Assembly: GCA_040954595.2 (NCBI GenBank)
Contig: CM082577.2
Location: 2,418,001-2,482,000, forward strand
Source of the DNA: Balanoglossus misakiensis
Lineage: Eukaryota; Animalia; Hemichordata
DNA: 64,000 bases
Direction of reading: 5' to 3'
The notes under the pieces are model-generated. The model searched no databases. It worked only from the letters and a program-made list of their open reading frames with translations, and was not told the origin of the DNA. Made by a program: the position numbers and the translations under genes. This document shows, piece by piece, positions 54,484 to 64,000 of the stretch (position 1 is its first letter; the number at the start of each line of letters is the position of its first letter).

Positions 54484-55477
54484 CTCGGAAACCACTACAC
54501 AGTTCGTGTCCACAGAAGATTTGGGTTACCTCTCAATTGTTACCGCGCGTCTAATTTGCACTACAATAACAACTGTTTGTGCAACGTCTCTATTATACAG
54601 CCGTAGCCAACCATAAAGTGGTCATCGTTTTGTTTTGTAAAAAAAAAACTACAGTAAAGAAAAGACGCAAGACTTACTTTCCACTTAAACAACACGACTT
54701 AAGCAGGCGAAACCTCGGTCACAACCGTGGGCGTATGAAATAAACGACTTGGAGTTATCAGTCTTGGTCAAAATAGTCAGTGTGTACACGTACACGCGCG
54801 CGCTTGCGACCACCGCCGAGATGTTTAGCAAGATCCGTGTCGCACCAAACCCTTCAAAGCAATCCACCTATGTTTGGTTGTTTACGGTTTCTTTCCCATG
54901 CGCCCTGGTCAACAAAGACTACTCATCCGTTGCAACGATGCCAAGTTTTTAGCAGGTAATACACAAGCAGCCCTGATTACCTGTACGTAATAAACAAGGC
55001 GTCGCTATAAGCGACCAGACCGCGCGCAACAGGTGGTTTTGGCTCTGAAGCAAAAAACATGTGCATAATAGTTAGTTCATTATGAAATGCTCCGAAACCG
55101 ATTAAAAGTGCACAACATAATTGTCAGTTGTTATAAATGATATAAATAATACCCCAAAACTATAGCACTTTAAATCCTTCGTGATTCTAAATCAAATATC
55201 TAAAACTTCGCAAGTTCCATCGATTTTCTATAATGTCGTGATACATATCAGTGGTGAATTTTAATAAACACAAAGGAGTTTTCGAACAGGCGCTTCAAAA
55301 GCAGTCATCTGCATTTTTGTCAAGAGTCGTTCCGTACGTCTTCGCATGAATCGTTTTATTGTATTACGGTGGAATATTTGGTATTGGCCAAAAATTATGT
55401 GGTGAACTAAAGTGTTCATGTGTTATGCCCATGTACACGACGTAAGTTGAGCCATGACAACCGGTCACTAAGCATAT

Positions 55478-55720
55478 TTAAAGGGACAGCCTAGATGTAC
55501 ATTTTAATTGTAATTTCACTATTTTGATCCGTGCAACCACTACAGTTTCTTGTTCTACTTGATAAATCATGTTTAATACACCAAGTGCATGTGTTCAGCT
55601 TGTCGACATAATATATATCCCAACATGCTGTAGGGAGTAGAACAACAAATTGTAGTGCAAAATAAAAAAAATACCAACTATACTTTCGAAAACACAACCA
55701 AAGTTGAGCGACATTGAGGT
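55478..55720. mobile_element. Degenerate TTAA-AGGGACA MITE with internal inverted arms
   Basis: Starts ttaaagggacag; 22-bp inverted pair at 55538-55559 and 55636-55657 with 2 mismatches. Right end is eroded and approximate. Confidence 0.5.
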
Positions 55721-56906
55721 ACATGCCAACCTGTCACTTTTGCTTATTAATTATCAAACAATAGAAGGCGGTATGAGATAAAATACGGTATCAAAACTCG
55801 ATGTCAAGACCCAAAGAGTGATATTACGTCGTGCTTTTGGTTTGGGCGTGGCATAGACGGGAAAGATGATTGGAAGGAAAAACGATGATTAGAACTTCAT
55901 CTACGACATCGATGACGCGGATAACGGTCGACCGATATGTGGGCGTGATTGGGTTGGGCCTGTGTGGACAAGAAGAGAAAATGCTTCGGTGTGCTTTACG
56001 ACACCCAGGCTTTGTTAAATAGCATCCACTTGGACTCTGGCAAATCAATACTCGCAGAAAAGACCTTCCTCAACAGTATTAAACAAGAATGTGAGCTCAA
56101 TGATCGATGCCTATAAAATGGGATGACTTGTCTTCTGGGACCAGTATACGCGATTTGGTATTTGGTCAAATTACTAGTATAGGACTCTACCTGTAGATTG
56201 AAAGATTCAGTCGTAAGCGGGCGCTTGCGGTACCAGAGCGCCCCCACATGACTAGTCTTCTCTACCTGTCGTTGGAATATGGTCGTCGGAAGGTTACATT
56301 GTGATCTTTATACCAGAAATCAACCTTCCCATTTTTTGCAGGAAGCTGTGCCAATGATTGATGCATGTGATAGAAACAATTGTTATGTCTTTGGGTAATT
56401 AAAGTATTTAGTAATCAAATAGGAAAAAACATCAGGCAGATGTGGTTTGAATGAAAACTGAATGACTTTTGGTGGGAAGATCACATGGGAAGAACAACAA
56501 GCTGCTTTCTACCAACAGTAGTATGTGTTGAACGTTGATGACCTTCAAATTGAATATTCATCCCAATCACTTTCACACAAAACTGGAGTTGTAAATCATT
56601 ACCTTTATTTACACAAATCTACCACCTTCAGACCAAGCTAATATAAAATGCTTACAGACACTCGAAAAATCAGTAATACTGCATGAAAATAGTGAATTCA
56701 AAACCACGGAAGCAGAATAGATCAGTCAGCACACACAAGTACGGGGAAAAATTGCCAATTGCAGCTGATAGGATAAGTCCAATTATGATTACCAGTAGTA
56801 AAATGAACACAGGATACATGTAGTACTGAATGAGAGTCTTGTCAAATTTTGGCAGTTCACATTATAATATAATTAAAAAATTTGCATGATTTTTTTCTGC
56901 ATTTTT

Positions 56907-59900
56907 CTACATTTCAATGACGACAGTCTCCAATGCTGGATTTTCAGCCGTTCCCGCACTGACAATAGATACTTCGTTCTCGTCGGTTGCCTTCATGGCT
57001 ACCATGACGCCCTCGGGCACAGAGACAGGGTGGGATAATTCCTCCATACATTCTTCTGTTTCCATAGGAACTTCAATTTGGTCAACCACTGTGAACAAAA
57101 ACGGTGTAAGTACATACATGAGGAGTTAAGAGCAAAAAAAATTTATTTAATCACATCATTTAAAACTATTGGTGAATTTGTACACATCTTATTGGGGAAT
57201 CACACTAGACTTAACTTATTTTTGCGGAGATGTTACATTCACTACAGCACAAAGCTGTCAGCTGTCACTGTATGGTCATCTATACACAAACTCCATTGAT
57301 GTCAGTCAAGACTGCGATATACCCTTCATATATTTAGCCATTGTGGGTACAAACACTTACTGGTGATTTCATGGGACGTTTCTTGATGGTCGTCGTGTTG
57401 GTGCTCGTTGTTGTGTTGCTGTTCACTGTGTTCTTCCTGGCCTTGTTCTTGTTCGATCTGTTGCTGCTGCTGTTCTTCGATCTGTTGCTGTTGCTGCTCT
57501 TCGATCTGTTGCTGTTGCTGCTGCGTCAGCATGGACTCAGTCAGAATCACCGTCTGGATCACATCCTCCACGTCGGAGCCGGCCCCGCCCTGGCCCTGGT
57601 GGTTGGTCTCCACGATGTTGACGATGTAATCCTGGGTGTTGGCCACCACCGAGGAGAATTCAGCCAGCACAGACGCGGCTGCCGTGCTCTCCTCCACCGA
57701 GGGCATAACCACATCTCTGGAAGCGTCCGCGTCAAGGACTACCGATTTGTTCGTGGGGTTGCACGGCACTGCAAGGGAGACAAGAAGGTTTGAATACGGA
57801 AACATTACAGCAAAGTACACTGCAAAGGAAAGTTACAATGGAATTAGACCAAATTGCTGCAGTGAAAGGGACCAAAAGAAATCAGCCAATCAGTATTTAA
57901 TATGCACGATATATAGTTCTTACCTTTGGCTCTTCTGTGTCTTGCCAGCGTTCCATGTTCAGCAAACGCTCTCCCACATCGCTCACAAGCGTAAGGTTTC
58001 TCTCCGGTGTGGCTCCTTTCGTGCCGGATCACGGATGCCTTCTCCCGGAATGCTTTCTGGCAGAACTGGCATTTCCACGGCGCTTCGTCAGTGTGGATCT
58101 TCATGTGTGTTTGCAGTATCGTCTATAAAACAGACAAAATAATATTATCACTGCACTGTTGTTGGACTTGCTCATTTTGATCAACATTGCTTCTTTAATG
58201 TTTATGATATTGATGCCTGGAAATCCACACAAACAAAAAATGTGCAATATTGCTTTGACCACGGTCACTCCACACACCCAACAGCCAGTACAAAAGCTCA
58301 CATCACAAATCTCATATTGTGTGTGTGAAATTCTCCGTGTAGACACATTAGCAAAGGAACTCACAACCCCAGTTTGACTAAATGAGTATATCGTGGCTTC
58401 TTCTTTTATTCCTACCTTTGTTTTAAAGCTCTTGTTGCACTGCGGACAGGCGAACGGTCTTTCTTGGGAATGGATCCGTAGATGCTCCTTGACGTGGGTG
58501 ATGCGTTTGTAGAGTTTGCCGCACTCGCCGCATTTGTACCGCCTTTCGTTGGTGTGGGTGAGAATGTGTTTGTTGAGGAAGTCTTTGCAGCGGAATCGCT
58601 TTGGGCAGTAGTTACATTCAAAGGGTTTCTCGCCTGTGAAGACAAACAAACGAATGAATTCTCAATATAACACGAAATAAGATAGTTCTCAATAGTACTG
58701 TACCACATGAATCTGTAAGACTTCAGTGTATGTTTGTATTGGACTATGTATGCAATCAAAGATCACAGTGAAAATTCCTAGAATAGAATTAATTCTTTTG
58801 TAACAGAACTCATAGTATCTTTGGCTCCTTGTTGTTTGTAGAAAAGTTATTTGTCACCTTTGAGACAATATCTTTATTTCCTAACCCCCCCCCCCTGAAT
58901 TTTCTGATCCCGCTTCAACCATTTCACCCTTACCACAGCAAACAATGGGACCAACCCTCATAGGAGGTGAGAGGTTTGTGAAAAATGTGCTTAGGCGCTT
59001 TGCTGCTTACCAGTATGTTTGCGCAGATGGGCCCGAAGGTAGCTCTTGCCGCGGAAACTCTTATTGCAGGCGACGCATCGATGCATCTCTTTGAAGCCAT
59101 GCACACCTGACGTGACTAGCTCTGAGGACTGACCAGTGGCTTGTAACTCCAGGAACTGTTTGTATGCTACCTTGAATATTCCAAGCTGGAGGGAGAATAT
59201 TGATAAGCAGTGATGAAGGGGATGTGTTGTTAATCATGTTGATTCAGCTGTCAAAATATTTGACATTACACTGCTTGATGCTGGTTCAATTGCTCCATGA
59301 TCAAGGTATGACTGGTACTCTAGGGGGGATATGAAAATGACACTGTTGGGGTTAAGCAAGAAATAAAGTATACACACCTGCTCAGGCGACAATTCACTAC
59401 TTGAATCCTCCACATCTGGCGAACCCTCATCATTGTCCTCTCCTGATTGACCAGCACCGCTGTTCACCAAATTGCCTGGCGTATGCGGCGTTGCGGAATC
59501 CAGCTGCTTCCTGTGTTCGGCCATCATGTGCACCTGCAGACTTGCGCGACCGCTGGCCGCAAACACACACAGACCGCACCTGTGGGGCATGTCGCTGATG
59601 TGACTCTTCAAGTGTTCCCGCAGAGTGTCGTTGGAGTCCAGGAACATGGCACACGCCCGGCACTGGTACGGCAGAAAGCGCTCGGTTTCCACGTGCTGCA
59701 CGGCGCTGTCTCCAGGGGGATGCGTCTCTGTTGCATCTGCTGCTGCTTTGATAACGTTCTGTTCCGAGTCGCTTTGGCTGTTGTCCTGAGCTTGGCTGGT
59801 GGATTCGTTCTCTTGACTGCTTGATTCGGGCTTGTCCGATTCATCTGTAATCATGGCAGACAATGATACACATATAAATATGTAAATACTTAGAATTACA

Positions 59901-62801
59901 CTATTGTGAGTAAAAACACTGATGATCAAAGTGAAATCTTTGTTGTGGAGCCTGTCGTTCAAAGCACATTACTTGATATGTCACAACTGTACAAGGACCC
60001 TACTACTTGCAACCAAATTCAAGGGTCTCTGCATATCGTTCCCTGCCCCAAGATAGATGCAAAATTCTTACTTTGCACTTCCTTGGCCCGCGTTTGTGAC
60101 CTCGTCCCAATACTGTGTGTAATGCTGCTAGTGGCGGTGTTCGCTGGAGTAGTGGCATCATCCCTTTGGTTTGTCGTCACACTGACGCTTATTCCTCTTC
60201 TGGAGTGGCAGGCAGTCGGAGCCTTGTGGTGGCGTGAGAGTGCCCCGGATTCCCGGAAGCTTCTTCCGCATCTACTGCACACAAATGGTCTCTCATCTGC
60301 AACAAGATGAGGTTAACTTATTACTCTGGTGTGCAGTGACAGGCTTGAATGAATTGTGCGACTCACTGCATGGTGTAGAGAGAGACAACTCTATGACTGA
60401 TAAACTCAAAAAATTCCTTCAGAATCTGAACCCGTACTGTACAGTACCAGGAGTTGTATACAGACCAATGAAAATGAAATCCTTCCTACCTGTATGCCGT
60501 CGAATATGTCTATCTAGAGATCCTTTCGTTTTAAAGCTGTCTCCACATTCTGTGCATTTATATTCACGGACATCTGAGTGAACTCGGAGGTGGCTCTGCA
60601 ATACTGCTTCCTTTGTGGAGAAAATCCATAAAGATTGGGTCAGTCAATGTTAGCCCCTTACTAATACAAGCCATTCCTGATTACAATGACCCAACCATAC
60701 CAGCAAAAGTGAGATCAGACCAAACTACATTTATAGTGACAAGCCTAAATAAAATCTCATTAACATAATCTGTGAATCTTACCTTTTTGAAACCTTTCTG
60801 ACATACATCACAGACATACGGTCTGTTGTTGGTGTGCGTCTTCATGTGCTTCTTCAGTTCCCATGACGACGTCACTGTGACGTAACACTCCTCACAGCTG
60901 TATACTTTGTGGTTGACTTGCCGGTGTTTGTCCAGAGAGTGTTGGTGCCGGAACAGGCGGCCACAATCAGGGCATTTCAATCCTGGCAGAGGAATTAGAG
61001 GAAGAAGTCTGAGCAAAGTGATTTAAAATATATTTTCTGCAAAGAGCATTAAAGATCATGGTACTCAAGTAGACATATCTACGAGTCCAAACAAGACCAT
61101 TGAAAATCACTTCTGAATAGCAACTGTTGCTTACCAATAAAATGTGGGCTTTGTTTTGTCTCCCCATTCGGCTTACTAGTATCTTTCTTGACAGAGTCTA
61201 CTGAAACAAGCACTGTAAAAAAAGCAGGATGGAATCAAATATGAATTACACACTTTTTAATTTTTTGACTGTATACCAAACATTTCATGAATTAACTCAA
61301 TACAACTAGCTGGAATCAACACCGCTTCCAGTTATTTGTCAAGTTAATAATGTAATGTTTTTTTTAACTCACAGGTAAACATTTTTTCAAACTTTGCAAT
61401 ATAGAGGTATTACTTCTTACCTGCTTTCATGTTACTGTCTTGATCAATTGGTGCAAGGTGCGGTAGGATTATGCACGGATTCTCACGACACACACTGAAT
61501 GTCATTCGTTGCCTGTGAGCGTGGTACTTGTGCTCAATGAACTCAGACAGGGATAGGAATTCTGTCTGGCACAGTGTGCAACGGTGGATATCCAGGGTTT
61601 CGCTAGCTTCACTATTCGGGGTTGCGTCAGGTGTGGGGTCTGTGTCCCCCGCCGCATCTTTGACATCTTCTCCGTGATCAGTCATGCTGCCCTCTTGAGA
61701 CAAGGCTGTGTTTGTGGTTGCTGTCGGACCATCATCATCGGCTGGACTGGCTGCTGTGATAGAGACTACATGTTCTTTCAGCTGTGTGCAGCTGCTGTCA
61801 GCCACACAGTGAGCATTTGCATTGCTGAATGCAGGAAGGTCAAGTGCACTGGCAGTGGACTCGGCGAGCGTCTGGTCTTTCTCCCCAGTCACACAGTCCT
61901 CATGTACACTGACTTCTGAAATTTCACCATTCGACCTTTCACATGGCTCGGACACTTCAGTGGCCTTCCCTGAATGTGCATCGGTGTCTGTGCCATCTGC
62001 GCTTTGTGTATTACCCAGCAACTCTGCATTTAAAGGGATTCCAGATGTCAAACTCTCACTGATTTTTTCAAGTTCTAAAGAGTCATTACAAACTGCTGAA
62101 TCTCTGACACTGCTCTCTATGGCAACAGGAGGTGAAATATCTGTAAAAAAAATTACTTCTTTCAATGAAAATAAACAATACATCTAGATCTACATGTATA
62201 TCATCTATATGAACATGCAAACAAACAGGTTTTTTCATATGTAGATGTACATGTACATTGATTATTTCACAGTGGATTTGCTGTGTTTATTTGCACACAC
62301 ATAATGACATACATGTACATAAATTTGAAATGGCATGATTCCATGAATGGACATTTGACTGAGTGACATGTAGTCTGGAAGTGGGAGGGTATCCGTGATC
62401 CTTGAGGCAGTTACAAAAGTCAGCTGGGCAGCTACAAATATCATTATCAGTACTAGTTTTGTATAGGATATTAGTACATCTGTGTCAATGTCACCGACAA
62501 GGGACTACCTGTACATAAATACTAGCCGATCAAAACTGCAAGCAAAGAGTGAATACATGTACTACAGAAAAGTTCACGTTGGACCCAATGAATGTTGTAA
62601 AACGATCGTGTTCTCGCGCGCTGCGTTAGAAATTGTAAGCAGACGTGAGGCAATAATCATCACTTTAATCAAGGATGCGACTAAAATAACAGAGAGTTGT
62701 GTTGTGCGGTAAGTCGACGGTATTCAAGTGAACTGCGACCGAGAGAAATCAAACTTACCGCTGTCATTTCTGGGCTCTGGTCGTAGATCGGTAGAATTCA
62801 T
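56907..62801 (-). CDS. E4F1: E4F1-like C2H2 zinc-finger transcription factor, about 11 coding exons
   Basis: Exons 62759-62801 (start tentative), 61421-62140 (DIHRCTLCQTEFLSLSEFIEHK), 60783-60982, 60490-60610 (FKTKGSLDRHIRRHT), 60072-60296 (DERPF..SFRESGALSRH), 59378-59844, 59011-59185, 58416-58633 (YKCGECGKLYK), 57924-58122 (FREKASVIRH, FAEHGTLARH), 57361-57768, 56907-57088. Finger helices TKGSL, RESGAL and AEHGTL match those I recall for vertebrate E4F1. Minus-strand AATAAA at 56604-56609. Confidence 0.85.
57447..57523 (-). repeat. Coding tandem repeat (QQQQQIEE)x3 in the E4F1-like C-terminus
   Basis: 24-bp unit built from CAG/CAA codons: QQQQQQIEEQQQQQIEEQQQQQIEQ. Confidence 0.85.
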
Positions 62802-63425
62802 TGCGACTTACTTGTAAACGACATCCAGCTACTGCCGCAAAATGGCTCTCTTTTTTACGCATCGGTTTGTGCGCAGGCTTTCAACCTCGTTCACAAGCAT
62901 AGCGAACCACGAGACTTCCTGCATATATTGAAGTGCATCCAATTTCCAAGGGAATACTTGAAATACCTGTGTCAGTCATTTCTCGACACCACATCGTTTA
63001 TAATTATATACACCATTTCAATGCTCCGAAACTAAATTTGATAAATTCTTTATTATTGCTCAAAATAACAGTTTCTAGAAAACACAGTGAAGAAATCTTG
63101 CATTTCATTTCAATGGCAGCATAGTATACCTTATACAAAAGAAAAATAGTTGCCGCCACGATTTCCATAGCATTCTACTAAACCATTTTCCATATTTCAC
63201 ACTTCTGCACCATATAAATGGCTTTGTAAATATCTGTATGAAACTTACCAAACACTAGATAGCGGCTTAATAGCTTTCATTATTTTTTTCTGGAGAAGGT
63301 CACAGGTGGACAATAAAGCATACCATCTTGCAATAATTTTCTACATCATTCTAGTCAGTCTACAAAATTTACATTTATAAACAATTGCAGGCTTTTTAGT
63401 AAAAGTCATGCGTCATGTTGTGGGC

Positions 63426-63521
63426 TAGCCTGGTGTCCATACCAGGGTGTGCGTGTGTTTTTTTTATATATATATATATATATATATAGAAATTCACACC
63501 GCTGGTATGGAGACCAGGCTA
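63426..63521. mobile_element. Small foldback/MITE with a (TA)n core
   Basis: Arms tagcctggtgtccataccagggtgtg and cacaccgctggtatggagaccaggcta are reverse complements with one mismatch and one indel, enclosing a T run and (TA)n. Confidence 0.75.
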
Positions 63522-64000
63522 TGGTGTGGGCTGACCAAAAATATCCCCTATCGTTCATTTAACAGTGCTATCTTCCTGCTTTGTACAAAGAACATTTCTA
63601 TTCCAATGACCTTGTTTATTTTTATGATCTGTGAAAGGAGAAAAACTATGACAAGGTCCAAAGAAGTAATGCTGGTAGTCTTGCTATCATTTGTATTGTT
63701 TTATGAAATTTACGTACTTTGTAGTTTCATAGTTTCTTTCGTAATGATGGAAATGCTGTGTTATTCTATTCGTTTTTTTGCATTTCATTCTGTTCATTAA
63801 TTAGATAATGACTTATTTAAGGAACAAAAGTTCATATTTTTTGACGAAATTTGAAAAACGTTATTGTTATTTCTACCATGTACCAAGGCCACACCAGCTG
63901 GCTCTCGGAAGCTGAATACAGCGCCACCGCCGACGTTATTGTACATCATTACCAGCGCATGCGTGGTGAAGTGTCATTGTTTTTAATGCCGGAGATCGTA

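Noticed and set aside
55820-56300. CpG-richer stretch that looks coding-like
   Set aside because: Only short ORFs in all frames and no recognisable motif; may be a decayed repeat.
57341-62187. Several plus-strand ORFs of 100-170 aa
   Set aside because: Antisense shadows of GC-rich E4F1-like exons.

Overview
Intron-rich (GT-AG) animal genomic DNA, probably from a marine invertebrate deuterostome (inferred from gene set and intron positions, not proven). Genes in order: USP7 (minus, 3' end runs off the window start); a divergently oriented alpha-L-fucosidase (GH29) cluster on the plus strand with one extra stand-alone first exon plus two complete 8-exon copies; a type I PKA regulatory subunit (minus); cytosolic-type SHMT (minus); an unidentified small spliced gene with a probable 16-nt micro-exon (minus); and an E4F1-like zinc-finger gene (minus). 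Several small TTAA-flanked or TA-flanked MITE-like elements and microsatellites are present. The best leads are: a 'variable first exon + shared exons' layout at the fucosidase locus; patchy, exon-confined homogenisation between the fucosidase copies; phase-compatible alternative first exons in PKA-RI intron 1 that would replace the dimerization/docking domain; and the orphan gene. Exon coordinates were read by hand and may be off by a few bases. No tRNA, rRNA or CRISPR array was recognised.
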